Below, piece by piece: positions 6,017-15,800 of a stretch of DNA of 64,000 nucleotides. How positions within the stretch are numbered: position 1 is the stretch's first letter; the number at the start of each line of letters is the position of its first letter. The notes beneath the pieces were generated by a model. The model saw nothing but the letters and a program-made list of their open reading frames with translations. It ran no database searches and was not told where the DNA came from. Source of the DNA: Lachnospiraceae bacterium (GTDB lineage: Bacteria; Bacillota; Clostridia; Lachnospirales; Lachnospiraceae); assembly GCA_045616485.1 (NCBI GenBank), contig JAZLGU010000044.1, forward strand, positions 897-64,896. The letters run 5' to 3'. A program made the position numbers and the translations under genes.

Positions 6017-6046
6017 CCGCACATGTAAATGTGCGGTCTTTTTTTG
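6017..6046 (+). terminator. Rho-independent terminator closing the peptide locus
   Basis: CCGCACAT (6017-6024), loop GTAA, ATGTGCGG (6029-6036), followed by TCTTTTTTT. Confidence 0.8.
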
Positions 6047-6218
6047 TTCATTTCTTATATCACATAATATCATTATATTTATAAGTAATTTTCAAGTGAT
6101 TATTCATTATTATTTTTATAATTTGCTTGCTTTTTCTTCTATAATAGGATATCATATCGTCTTGTACAAATGTATACAATTATACCATGATTATGAAATA
6201 CAGGAATATTTCATAGTA

Positions 6219-6304
6219 GGAGATAAAGAGTTCTCCATTTATTCCACTTCGTTTCATAAAAGGAGATAAAGAGTTTCCCATTTATTCCACTTCGTTTCAT
6301 AAAA
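6219..6304 (+). repeat. 43-bp tandem direct repeat (2 full copies plus a partial third that supplies the aminotransferase RBS)
   Basis: GGAGATAAAGAGTTCTCCATTTATTCCACTTCGTTTCATAAAA (6219-6261) is repeated at 6262-6304, with TTCTCC changed to TTTCCC. GGAGATAACATG then follows at 6305. Confidence 0.85.
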
Positions 6305-6313
6305 GGAGATAAC

Positions 6314-7513
6314 ATGTCACTTGAACTTTCTAAAAAAGCACTAGCAGTAAAGCCTTCATCTACCCTGGCTATCACAGCCAAGGCTAAGAAAATGAAAGCT
6401 GAGGGTATCGATGTAGTAGGATTTGGTGCAGGTGAGCCGGATTTTAATACACCTCAGAATATTTGTGATGCAGCCAAAAAAGCTATTGACGATGGCTTTA
6501 CCAAGTATACACCTGCTTCAGGTACAGTAGAGCTGCGACAGGCTATTGCCCAGAAGTTTAAAAGATTTAATAATCTTTCCTACGATATAAGTCAGATAGT
6601 AGTATCTAACGGTGGTAAGCATTCTCTTACCAATGTTTTTGAGGCTATTATTAATCCCGGTGATGAGGTCATCATCCCTGCACCTTTCTGGCTCAGCTAT
6701 CCTGAGATAGTAAAGCTTTGTGGCGGTGTACCTGTTATCGTTGACTGTCCTGCCAGCCAGAGCTATAAAATGACAGCTGCTCAGCTGCAGGCTGCTATTA
6801 CAGAGAGGACAAAGGCAGTTGTACTCAATACTCCTTCCAATCCCACAGGTATGATATATACCAAGGATGAGCTACTTGAGCTGGCTCAGGTCATTGTAAA
6901 GAATGATATCTACTGTGTATCCGACGAGATGTACGAGAATCTCGTATATACAGATGATGAGGTCGTATCTATAGCTTCCCTGGGTCAGGATATCTATGAC
7001 CGTACCATTACCTGCTCCGGCGTATCAAAGGCCTATGCCATGACCGGCTGGAGAATAGGCTATGTAGGCGCTCCTCGTGAGATTGCTGCTCTTATGGGCT
7101 CCATCCAGTCTCATCAGACTTCCAATCCCGGCTCTATCGCTCAGGCTGCTTCTTTAGAGGCTCTTTGCGGCCCTCAGGACACTATTGAGGATATGAGAAA
7201 AGAATTTGACAGAAGAAGAGTATATATGTATGACAGACTGTCCTCCATGCCTCTTATTTCCTGTCTGAAGCCTCAGGGTGCTTTCTATGTATTTGTAGAT
7301 ATGACCAATGTTTTTGGCAAAAAGTATCAGGAGCAGACTATTGAAAATATCGGCGATGTAGCTCGTATCCTTATCGACGATTACAAGACAGCAGTTATTC
7401 CTTGTGCTGATTTTGGTGCCCCCAATCATATGCGTCTTTCCTATGCCATCTCCATGGAAAACATCGAGAAGGGTCTGGATAGAATAGAAGGCTTCCTCAA
7501 TACTATCTGCTAA
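6314..7513 (+). CDS. pyridoxal-phosphate-dependent aspartate aminotransferase (class I)
   Basis: 399 aa. It has the SKAYAMTGWRIGY PLP-lysine motif, NPSNPTG-like TPSNPTG, and typical AspAT length. Confidence 0.85.
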   Translation: MSLELSKKALAVKPSSTLAITAKAKKMKAEGIDVVGFGAGEPDFNTPQNICDAAKKAIDDGFTKYTPASGTVELRQAIAQKFKRFNNLSYDISQIVVSNGGKHSLTNVFEAIINPGDEVIIPAPFWLSYPEIVKLCGGVPVIVDCPASQSYKMTAAQLQAAITERTKAVVLNTPSNPTGMIYTKDELLELAQVIVKNDIYCVSDEMYENLVYTDDEVVSIASLGQDIYDRTITCSGVSKAYAMTGWRIGYVGAPREIAALMGSIQSHQTSNPGSIAQAASLEALCGPQDTIEDMRKEFDRRRVYMYDRLSSMPLISCLKPQGAFYVFVDMTNVFGKKYQEQTIENIGDVARILIDDYKTAVIPCADFGAPNHMRLSYAISMENIEKGLDRIEGFLNTIC

Positions 7514-7550
7514 AATAAAATTAAAAGAGAATAGGAAAATCCTTGTTTTT

Positions 7551-7591
7551 AGGCCAGTTTTATTATACAATAAAGACTGGCCTATTTTTTT
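7551..7591 (+). terminator. Rho-independent terminator after the aminotransferase gene
   Basis: AGGCCAGT ... ACTGGCCT stem followed by a T7 run. Confidence 0.7.
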
Positions 7592-7614
7592 ATTATACTT
7601 AAAGAGGAGATTTT

Positions 7615-8412
7615 ATGATCGGATTTATCGGTACCGGCAATATGGGTATGCCACTTATAAGTGGTGCCATAGAGGCTTTTGGCCATGATAATGTTATTAT
7701 CCATGGTAAGAATGAAAGAAAAAATGATGAGATATCCTGTAAATCTCATATAGTCTGCGGCTCCTCCAATAAAGAGGTAGTAAAGCTGTCCGAGCTTATT
7801 ATACTGGCTATAAAGCCCCAGGTATATGACGAGGTATTTGCTGAGATAAAAGAGACTGTACTTACATCCACCGGTAAAAAGACCTTTGTGTCTCTGGCTC
7901 CCGGTCGTACCTGCGCCTCCATTGAAGAATACTTTGAAGGCAAGGTAAATGTAGTACGCGCCATGCCCAATACTCCTGCCCAGATAAAGCAGGGTATGAC
8001 AGCCATATCTTTTTCCGATTCCTTTGACGGAAAAAAGGATGATGTGCTTAAGCTTTTTTCCTGCGTAGGTAAAAGCGTATGCATGCCGGAGAGACTTATT
8101 GATTCCAGTATAGTAGCTTCCGGATCATCACCTGCTTTCGTATATATGTTTATAGAAGCGCTGGCTGATGGAGCCGTAAAGTATGGTATTCCTCGTGAGC
8201 AGGCTATCCAGATGGCCGCTCAGACTGTTCTGGGCTCAGCCCGTATGGTGCTGGAGTCTAAAGAGCATCCTGCCATTCTTAAAGATAAAGTATGTTCTCC
8301 CGGCGGTACCACTATTTGCGGTGTAGCTGCCCTGGAGGAGTACGGCTTTAGAAATGCCATTATAAAGGCCTGTGATGCCACCTATGAAAAGGCATCTGCT
8401 TTAAAGAAATGA
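7615..8412 (+). CDS. proC: pyrroline-5-carboxylate reductase
   Basis: GFIGTGNMG Rossmann motif, MPNTPA, SPGGTT signature, 265 aa. Confidence 0.85.
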   Translation: MIGFIGTGNMGMPLISGAIEAFGHDNVIIHGKNERKNDEISCKSHIVCGSSNKEVVKLSELIILAIKPQVYDEVFAEIKETVLTSTGKKTFVSLAPGRTCASIEEYFEGKVNVVRAMPNTPAQIKQGMTAISFSDSFDGKKDDVLKLFSCVGKSVCMPERLIDSSIVASGSSPAFVYMFIEALADGAVKYGIPREQAIQMAAQTVLGSARMVLESKEHPAILKDKVCSPGGTTICGVAALEEYGFRNAIIKACDATYEKASALKK

Positions 8413-8957
8413 TTATGGATACACCAAAAATAAAATCAAAAGAATTAATTAAAAAAGGCTCTATAGTAGAATTTTACAGTCTGGATATGGAGATGCCCGG
8501 TGGCCATACCGCCAGATGGGATTTTGTGAGCCATAGAGGAGCTGCTGCCATTATTTGTCCTGATGGGACAGGACGTATATATATGGTCAGACAGTATCGT
8601 CCCGGCACTGATTCCATTACTTTAGAGATACCTGCAGGCTGTGTGGATGCAGGTGAAGATAAAAAGACTGCAGCTATGCGTGAGCTGGAGGAAGAGGTAG
8701 GTGTAAAGTGCGAGACAGCAGAGCATCTTATTACCTACTATGGCATCCCGGCCTACAACAATGAATGTGTAGAGATATACATAGCAAAAAATATCAGCGC
8801 CGGCCATCAGCATCTGGATGCGGACGAGCAGATTACAGTAGAATCTTACTCTTTATCTGAGCTTACGGACATGATTTTATCCGGTGTTATAGTCGATGGG
8901 AAGACTATCGCAGGCATTCTGGCTTATAAAGAGAAGTTAAATAAAAAGGAAATATAA
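8409..8957 (+). CDS. NUDIX hydrolase (ADP-ribose pyrophosphatase-like)
   Basis: Nudix box GCVDAGEDKKTAAMRELEEEVG. It overlaps the proC stop by 4 nt. Confidence 0.8.
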   Translation: MIMDTPKIKSKELIKKGSIVEFYSLDMEMPGGHTARWDFVSHRGAAAIICPDGTGRIYMVRQYRPGTDSITLEIPAGCVDAGEDKKTAAMRELEEEVGVKCETAEHLITYYGIPAYNNECVEIYIAKNISAGHQHLDADEQITVESYSLSELTDMILSGVIVDGKTIAGILAYKEKLNKKEI

Positions 8958-8975
8958 TAAAGGAGATACTTTCTT

Positions 8976-10301
8976 ATGAGAATGTATGATTTAATTACCA
9001 AAAAGAAACATGGTGAAGAATTAACAAAAGAAGAGATAACATTTATTATTAACGGCTATACAGAGGGTACTATCCCTGATTATCAGATGTCTTCCTTCCT
9101 CATGGCAGTATACTTTAAGGGTATGACAGACCGTGAGACAGTAGATATGACCAATGCCATGATAGATACCGGCGACAGACTTGATCTGTCCGCTATTAAG
9201 GGCGTAAAAGCCGATAAGCATTCCACAGGCGGTGTAGGCGATAAGACCAGTCTTATTATCGGACCTATGGTAGCTGCCCTTGGTGTTCCTGTAGCCAAGA
9301 TGAGCGGACGTGGTCTGGGTCATACCGGCGGCACCATCGACAAGCTGGAGAGCTTTAAAGGCTTTTCCGTTTCTCTTACCGATCAGCAGTTTATAGATAA
9401 TGTAAATCAGATTGGTCTTGCCATTATGGGTCAGACAGCCAATCTGGTACCTGCAGATAAGAAGATCTATGCCCTTCGTGACGTTACAGCTACAGTAGAC
9501 AATATGTCTCTTATTGCAGCTTCCATCATGAGTAAAAAGATAGCTGCAGGCTCTGACGTTATTGTTCTTGATGTTAAGGTAGGCTCCGGCGCCTTTATGA
9601 AGACTCTGGAAGACGCCAAAGACCTGGCTGAGACTATGGTACGCTTAGGTGAGGGCTGTGGTCGTAAGACTTACGCAGTTCTTTCCGATATGAGCCAGCC
9701 TTTAGGTGAGTACGTAGGTAATGCCCTGGAGGCCTATGAGGCTATTGAAGCCCTTAAGGGACGCGGTCCTGAGGACTTAATGGAGGCCTGCATGACTCTT
9801 GCTTCCTATATGCTTATCGGTGCCGGTAAGGCTCGTGATGCAGCAGAAGCCCAGAGACTTTTACAGGGTACTATTGATAGCGGCGCAGCTCTTAAAAAGC
9901 TTAGCGAGTTTGTGGCAGCTCAGGGCGGCGATGCGTCTGTTATCGAGAAAAACGGCAAATTCTCCCACACAGAATTTTGCGAAGATATTATTTCTACCAC
10001 AGAGGGCTATGTATCTGAGATCATCACTGATGAGATTGGTATGACCAGCCTTATCCTGGGTGGTGGCCGTGAGACTAAGGAGTCAGATATTGACCTGTCA
10101 GTAGGTATCAAGATACTTAAAAAGGTAGGCGACTACGTATCCAAGGGCGATCCTATTGCCAGACTTTATGCCAATGATGTAGAAAAGCTTAAAGTGGCAT
10201 CTGCCCGCCTGCAGGCTGCTTATATCTACTCAGATAAGAAAGTAGAAAAGCCCAAGCATGTTCTTGGCATTATTACAAAGGACGAGACGATTATTTTCTA
10301 G
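8976..10301 (+). CDS. pdp: pyrimidine-nucleoside (thymidine) phosphorylase
   Basis: DKHSTGGVGDK and SGRGLGHTGGTIDKLE motifs, 441 aa. Confidence 0.9.
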   Translation: MRMYDLITKKKHGEELTKEEITFIINGYTEGTIPDYQMSSFLMAVYFKGMTDRETVDMTNAMIDTGDRLDLSAIKGVKADKHSTGGVGDKTSLIIGPMVAALGVPVAKMSGRGLGHTGGTIDKLESFKGFSVSLTDQQFIDNVNQIGLAIMGQTANLVPADKKIYALRDVTATVDNMSLIAASIMSKKIAAGSDVIVLDVKVGSGAFMKTLEDAKDLAETMVRLGEGCGRKTYAVLSDMSQPLGEYVGNALEAYEAIEALKGRGPEDLMEACMTLASYMLIGAGKARDAAEAQRLLQGTIDSGAALKKLSEFVAAQGGDASVIEKNGKFSHTEFCEDIISTTEGYVSEIITDEIGMTSLILGGGRETKESDIDLSVGIKILKKVGDYVSKGDPIARLYANDVEKLKVASARLQAAYIYSDKKVEKPKHVLGIITKDETIIF

Positions 10302-10303
10302 TT

Positions 10304-11113
10304 ATGGGATGGTATTATATAGTTTTAATAGTATTACTGGCATTATTCATACTTTTTACTTTGTATGAGATATACGAGCACAAAGTTATTGATTTTCATC
10401 ACGAGGATATAGCCCTGGGTCTCCAAAAAAGAGCAGTGGTTATATCCGATGTGCATGATTGCCCTGTTTCCGAAAGGACTTATAAAAAAATAGCGGCAGA
10501 AAAGCCTGACTATATTTTTGTAGCAGGGGATGTTATAAATAAAAGGACTAAGAATTATGAAAAGGGTCTTTCAGTACTGCATAGGCTGGCAGAAATAGCA
10601 GATATTTACTACTGTCTGGGCAATCATGAAATGACCTTCAGAAGGGAGTTTCCCGTATCCTGGCAGGAGTACATAAGGAGTCTTCCTGACAATTGTTTTA
10701 TCCTGGACAATGAAGAAGTCACACGTGACGGCTTTATTATCCACGGTCTTACACTTGACAGACGTTTTTACAAAAAATTCCATTTTTACAATACGGAGCA
10801 TGAGGATTTGTCCTTCTATAAAGACAAGCAAACGGATCTTCCCAGGATAGTGCTGGCTCACAATCCTGACTATGTGGATATGTATATTCGTGCTATGCAT
10901 CCTAGCCTTATCATATCCGGCCATTGTCATGGTGGACTTATCCGCCTTATGAATGGCGAGGGACTGATTTTTTCCAGTCCTACAGGGCCCAGAAGAGGCG
11001 CAGGTATGTATTCTGTAAAGGGTAGCCTGCTGCTGGTACATCGTGGCATGGGCTCCCACACCATCCCCCTTCGTATCCACAACAGATGCGAAGTCATAAC
11101 TATCGATTTTTAA
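10304..11113 (+). CDS. membrane-anchored metallophosphoesterase (YkuE-like)
   Basis: N-terminal TM helix, plus the ISDVHD, GDVIN, GNHE and GHCHGG calcineurin-like motifs. Confidence 0.8.
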   Translation: MGWYYIVLIVLLALFILFTLYEIYEHKVIDFHHEDIALGLQKRAVVISDVHDCPVSERTYKKIAAEKPDYIFVAGDVINKRTKNYEKGLSVLHRLAEIADIYYCLGNHEMTFRREFPVSWQEYIRSLPDNCFILDNEEVTRDGFIIHGLTLDRRFYKKFHFYNTEHEDLSFYKDKQTDLPRIVLAHNPDYVDMYIRAMHPSLIISGHCHGGLIRLMNGEGLIFSSPTGPRRGAGMYSVKGSLLLVHRGMGSHTIPLRIHNRCEVITIDF

Positions 11114-11137
11114 AAATAAAAGGCAAAAGGTTACAAA

Positions 11138-11929
11138 ATGGCAGCAATACCAGTAAAGCTTGAAGCATTCGAAGGTCCTCTTGACCTGCTTCTTCATCTG
11201 ATAGATGTAAACAAAGTAAATATTTATGATATTCCTATAGCAGAGATTACCGACCAGTATCTGGATGCCATAAAAGGCATCGAGGAAAAGGACATGGATA
11301 CCATGAGTGAATTTTTAGTAATGGCCTCCACCTTATTACGATTAAAGTCGGATATGCTGCTGCCCAAGGAGATCGATGAAGAGACCGGTGAAGAGATTGA
11401 TCCTAGAGCAGAGCTGGTAGAGCGACTCTTAGAGTATAAGATGTATAAGTATACCAGCCTGGAGCTTAAAGATATGCAGATGGATGCAGACAGAATGCTT
11501 TTCAGAAAGTCCAATCTGCCTCCTGAGATCCTTAATTATCACGAGGAAGTGCCTGTCTCAGAGCTCTTAAATGATATTACTCTTAAAAAGCTTAATGACA
11601 TCTTTGACGCAGTTATGAAAAAGCGTGAGGATAAGGTGGATCCTATCAGAAGTAAATTCGGTAAGATCGAGAAAGAAGAGATCAGCCTGTCCAGAAAGAT
11701 GTATCATGTCCAGGAGTATGGCATCCTCCATCGCAAGTTTTCTTTTAAGACTTTACTGGAGTCCCAGCATGATAAAATGGATGTTATAGTTACCTTCCTT
11801 TGTATACTGGAGCTTATGAAAATGGGCAGGATGAATATTACTCAGCAGGATATTTTTGAGGATATCGAAATAGAGTACACAGCTACAGATATTGTAGACT
11901 TTGATGAAACTAATTCTTTTGGGTTATAA
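11138..11929 (+). CDS. scpA: segregation and condensation protein A
   Basis: FEGPLDLLLHLI signature; followed by scpB. Confidence 0.9.
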   Translation: MAAIPVKLEAFEGPLDLLLHLIDVNKVNIYDIPIAEITDQYLDAIKGIEEKDMDTMSEFLVMASTLLRLKSDMLLPKEIDEETGEEIDPRAELVERLLEYKMYKYTSLELKDMQMDADRMLFRKSNLPPEILNYHEEVPVSELLNDITLKKLNDIFDAVMKKREDKVDPIRSKFGKIEKEEISLSRKMYHVQEYGILHRKFSFKTLLESQHDKMDVIVTFLCILELMKMGRMNITQQDIFEDIEIEYTATDIVDFDETNSFGL

Positions 11930-11945
11930 GGGGATTTTGAATTAA

Positions 11946-12518
11946 ATGGATGAAATAAAAGCATTAGAAGCAAAAATTGAAGCTATTCTTTTTACCATGG
12001 GTGAGGCAGTAGAGGCTGACCGTATCGCTATAGCTCTGGAGCAGGATACTGATGCCGTAAGAAATATTATTCGTGATATGGCACTTAAATACAAAGAGGC
12101 TGATCGCGGTATCCAGATCATAGAGCTCAATGATTCCTTCCAGCTCTGCACCAAGCCTGACATGTATGAGTACATTATCAAGGTGGCTCATGCCCCTAAA
12201 AAGCCTGTACTTACAGATGTTTTACTGGAGACCCTGTCCATCATAGCTTATAAGCAGCCCATTACCAGGACTGAGATATCCGCTATTCGCGGTGTCAATT
12301 GCGATCATGCGGTAAGCAAGCTGGTAGAGTACAATCTGGCTACTGAGCTGGGCCGTATGGATGCTCCCGGACGTCCTATAGCCTTTGGTACCACAGAAGA
12401 ATTTCTTCGTCACTTTGGCCTTAGCAGCCTGTCCGATCTGCCTATCGTCAATCCCGAAAAGCTGGAAGACTTCAAGATAGAAGTCCAGCAGGAACTGCAG
12501 TTAACATTAGATATCTAA
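11946..12518 (+). CDS. scpB: segregation and condensation protein B
   Basis: EAILFTMGE... and LETLSIIAYKQPITRTEISAIRGV winged-helix signature; synteny with scpA. Confidence 0.9.
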   Translation: MDEIKALEAKIEAILFTMGEAVEADRIAIALEQDTDAVRNIIRDMALKYKEADRGIQIIELNDSFQLCTKPDMYEYIIKVAHAPKKPVLTDVLLETLSIIAYKQPITRTEISAIRGVNCDHAVSKLVEYNLATELGRMDAPGRPIAFGTTEEFLRHFGLSSLSDLPIVNPEKLEDFKIEVQQELQLTLDI

Positions 12519-12536
12519 TTTTTTAAAGGAAGAAAA

Positions 12537-15500
12537 ATGATACATCTTTCAAAGCAAAAAATCAGAGATTTAGCAGCAGATGAGATGTCCTATAATAAGG
12601 GCGTCACATATTTTAACAATGGCCACATTCAGTCAGCATCCTACTCAAAGCAGAGCAACAAATACCGCTTTGTCATAAAGGGAGCCAGCAGCTATGTGGT
12701 CAATATAAATGAGCTTTCCGACGGCATGTTTGACTATACCTGTACCTGTCCCGGCAGCAAGCTGGAGAAGGGCGCCTGCAAGCATGTTGTATGCTCATTA
12801 TGCATGCTTTTTAAGCATCAGGAGAAGCAGGAGGGCAATCTGCCCAAGACCTCTGAAGAAAAGCGCATATACAACGTTTTAGACTATTTTGACAATCAGA
12901 ACAGCCTGTCATTAACAGGCGATGTTTTCCATATAGAGCCAGTCATCACTTTGCCCGGTATGCTGAAAAATGCTTCCGGCAAGGCCATGATTTCCATTAA
13001 AGTAGGCTCCAATCGACTTTATAAAGTACAGAATCTAAAGAAGTTTCTGGACTCCTTTGTGCGTCAGGACCCTATAGTACTGGGTAAGGACTTTCATTTC
13101 ATCTATGGTGAGAGCGCCTTTGACAAAGATTCCAAAATGTTTTTAGACTATCTCTTAGGCATATTTGACGTGGCTGAGCTTACTGCCGGAAAAGACGGCA
13201 ATGAGATTTTTTCCAGAAGTCAGATGATTATCTCAAAGTTTCTTTTTATCAAGCTGCTTAAGCAGATAGGTAATCTTAGCTGTACTTTGGAGCTCTATGG
13301 TAATACATATACAGATGTAAAGTGTGTTACCCAGAATCCCAATATCGAATTTGATTTAATAGATTTTAATGACTCTGTTATTTTTGACTATAAGGACAAA
13401 GAGCCTGTTATTCCTGTGACGGAGAATGGCGAAGTCCTTTACAGAGATGGATTTTTATATACGCCTGACAAGGTATTTCTTCGTAATTTCCTTCCATTTT
13501 TCAACAATCTGGGAGGCGACAGGGCTTCTTTAGTATTTGAGGGCAAGTACAAGCAGCGTTTCCTGGAAAATGTACTGCCAAAGCTCCACGAGACTATGGA
13601 GATCAATATCCCGGAAGAGCTTTCCGACAAGTATATTTCTCCTGAGTTAAAAGCAGAGATTTATTTTGACAGATATAATAATTATATAAAGGCTGAGCTT
13701 ATTTTTACCTATGGTGATTATAAGTTTAATTCCTTTGAGAGTCCTAAAAGTGCTCCTTACATTATCTTAAGAGATAAGGAAAAGGAGCGGAGAATGGCTG
13801 AGATACTGGAGAGTCACGGCTTTGATGCTTTTTCCGGCTTCTATCTTTTAAGAGCTGATAACGGTATCTACGACTTTATTACAGTAGGTGTGGATGAGCT
13901 TAAAGAATATGCTGAACTTTTCTACTCAGAGGACTTTAAGAAGCTTAAGAACAACCAGAACAGAAGATTCAGTATAGGTCTTAATGTCTCCAAAGAAAGC
14001 GATCTGCTGGATCTCACTCTGTCCTACGGAGAGATCTCCAAAGAGGAAATGAAGCAGATTTTCCGCGCTTACAGACTGAAAAAGAAATTTTACCGTCTGT
14101 CAGATGGCTCCTTTATAGACCTGCAGTCTGAGGAGTTCCATGAGCTTAATGACATCCTGGATGATTTCTCCATATCTGCCAAGGATATTGAGAAAAAGGA
14201 TGATCTGCGTATCTCCAAGGGCCTTGCTATATTTGCCGACAGAGTATTCGACGAGGGTCGTTTTATCGTCAGCAAAAACGAAGAATTCAAGTCCCTGGTA
14301 TCCAATATACTGGAGGGTCAGAATGAGGATTATGCTATCCCTTCAGGTATTACTGCCGAGCTTCGTTCATATCAGGTCAATGGCTATAAATGGCTAATGA
14401 ATCTTGCAAGCAATGGTCTGGGCGGTATCCTGGCCGACGATATGGGTCTTGGTAAGACTCTGCAAAGTATCGTATATATCACAGAGATGAAGAGACGCTT
14501 CCCAGGCGAGCAGTTCTTAATAGTTTGTCCTACTTCAGTAGTATACAATTGGATGGATGAATTTGAGACATTCTCCCCGGATCTCAAATGTCGCATCATA
14601 GAAGGCCTTCCACAGGAGCGAGAGGCCCTCATAAAGGACAGCAAGGGCTTTGATGTGCTTATTACCTCATACCCGCTGGTAAGACGCGATTATACGGCAT
14701 ATGAAGGCAAGATGTTCAATACTATTTTCCTTGATGAAGCCCAGTTTATCAAAAATGCAGCTTCAGTAAATGCCAAGACAGTAAAGGCACTTGAATCCAA
14801 GCACAGATTTGCACTTACAGGTACTCCTATAGAAAACAGCCTGTCAGAGCTTTGGTCCATATTTGATTTTATCATGCCTTTTTACCTGCTTTCATATACA
14901 AAGTTCATTACCAAGTATGAAAAGCCTATTACCAAGGGTGACGAAGGCATAAAGGCCGTATTAAACAAGCGCATTCAGCCATTTGTAATGCGTCGTATGA
15001 AGTCAGATGTGCTGCTGGAATTACCTGAAAAGATAGAAGAAAAGATGACTGCGGAGCTGACACCAGAGCAGAAGAGTATCTATGTGTCATATTTGGAAAG
15101 TGTAAAGGGAGACCTGCGTGCCGAGCTTATGAGCGAGGGTATCAATGCCTCCAGATTCCAGATACTGGCAGCCCTTACCAGACTCCGTCAGATATGCTGT
15201 CATCCGGCTACCTTCCTGGAAAATTACGATGGTACCTCAGGTAAAATGGAGCTTTTCTTAGAGCTTTTACCAAATCTCATTGAGAATGGCCACAGAGTGC
15301 TGGTATTCTCCCAGTTTACCAGTATGCTGGACATCATAAAGAGTGAGCTGGATAAGAGAGGATATACCTATTTTTACTTGGATGGCGCCACCAAGAATAC
15401 CGAACGTGTAGAGTACGTAAAGGCCTTCAATAGCGGCGAGCGTCATATGTTCCTAATATCTCTTAAGGCAGGCGGTACAGGCCTCAATCTGACCGGTGCC

Positions 15501-15752
15501 GATACGGTCATTCACTTTGACCCCTGGTGGAATCCTGCTGTAGAAAATCAGGCGACAGACAGAGCCCACAGAATAGGCCAGCAAAATGTGGTAGAAGTCA
15601 TTAAGCTTATCACCAAGGGCACTATAGAAGAAAAGATATATAAGCTTCAGAATAAAAAGAAGGAGCTTTCAGATTCAGTAATCTCCACAAAAGAGGTATT
15701 TATCAATTCCCTTTCCAAAGAAGAGATTATGGAATTATTCTCATTAGATTAA
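12537..15752 (+). CDS. SNF2-family helicase with N-terminal SWIM zinc finger
   Basis: SWIM CTCPGSKLEKGACKHV; helicase motifs LADDMGLGKT, DEAQFIKN, LTGTPIEN and QATDRAHRIGQ; 1071 aa. Confidence 0.9.
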   Translation: MIHLSKQKIRDLAADEMSYNKGVTYFNNGHIQSASYSKQSNKYRFVIKGASSYVVNINELSDGMFDYTCTCPGSKLEKGACKHVVCSLCMLFKHQEKQEGNLPKTSEEKRIYNVLDYFDNQNSLSLTGDVFHIEPVITLPGMLKNASGKAMISIKVGSNRLYKVQNLKKFLDSFVRQDPIVLGKDFHFIYGESAFDKDSKMFLDYLLGIFDVAELTAGKDGNEIFSRSQMIISKFLFIKLLKQIGNLSCTLELYGNTYTDVKCVTQNPNIEFDLIDFNDSVIFDYKDKEPVIPVTENGEVLYRDGFLYTPDKVFLRNFLPFFNNLGGDRASLVFEGKYKQRFLENVLPKLHETMEINIPEELSDKYISPELKAEIYFDRYNNYIKAELIFTYGDYKFNSFESPKSAPYIILRDKEKERRMAEILESHGFDAFSGFYLLRADNGIYDFITVGVDELKEYAELFYSEDFKKLKNNQNRRFSIGLNVSKESDLLDLTLSYGEISKEEMKQIFRAYRLKKKFYRLSDGSFIDLQSEEFHELNDILDDFSISAKDIEKKDDLRISKGLAIFADRVFDEGRFIVSKNEEFKSLVSNILEGQNEDYAIPSGITAELRSYQVNGYKWLMNLASNGLGGILADDMGLGKTLQSIVYITEMKRRFPGEQFLIVCPTSVVYNWMDEFETFSPDLKCRIIEGLPQEREALIKDSKGFDVLITSYPLVRRDYTAYEGKMFNTIFLDEAQFIKNAASVNAKTVKALESKHRFALTGTPIENSLSELWSIFDFIMPFYLLSYTKFITKYEKPITKGDEGIKAVLNKRIQPFVMRRMKSDVLLELPEKIEEKMTAELTPEQKSIYVSYLESVKGDLRAELMSEGINASRFQILAALTRLRQICCHPATFLENYDGTSGKMELFLELLPNLIENGHRVLVFSQFTSMLDIIKSELDKRGYTYFYLDGATKNTERVEYVKAFNSGERHMFLISLKAGGTGLNLTGADTVIHFDPWWNPAVENQATDRAHRIGQQNVVEVIKLITKGTIEEKIYKLQNKKKELSDSVISTKEVFINSLSKEEIMELFSLD

Positions 15753-15758
15753 TACATT

Positions 15759-15797
15759 AAAAAAGTTGACAGAATGGATTTTCTGTCAACTTTTTTT
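15759..15797. terminator. bidirectional Rho-independent terminator between convergent genes
   Basis: A-run, GTTGACAG (15765-15772), loop, CTGTCAAC (15783-15790), then a T-run. Confidence 0.8.
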
Positions 15798-15800
15798 ATC

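Noticed and set aside
10571-11197. 208-aa minus-strand ORF, with similar long antisense ORFs at 25221-25736, 49915-50370, 58867-59400, 15766-16167 and 29406-29708
   Set aside because: All lie antisense within strongly supported conserved genes. Several are products of repetitive or GC-skewed coding sequence, such as the Pro/Thr linkers. None has a convincing RBS.
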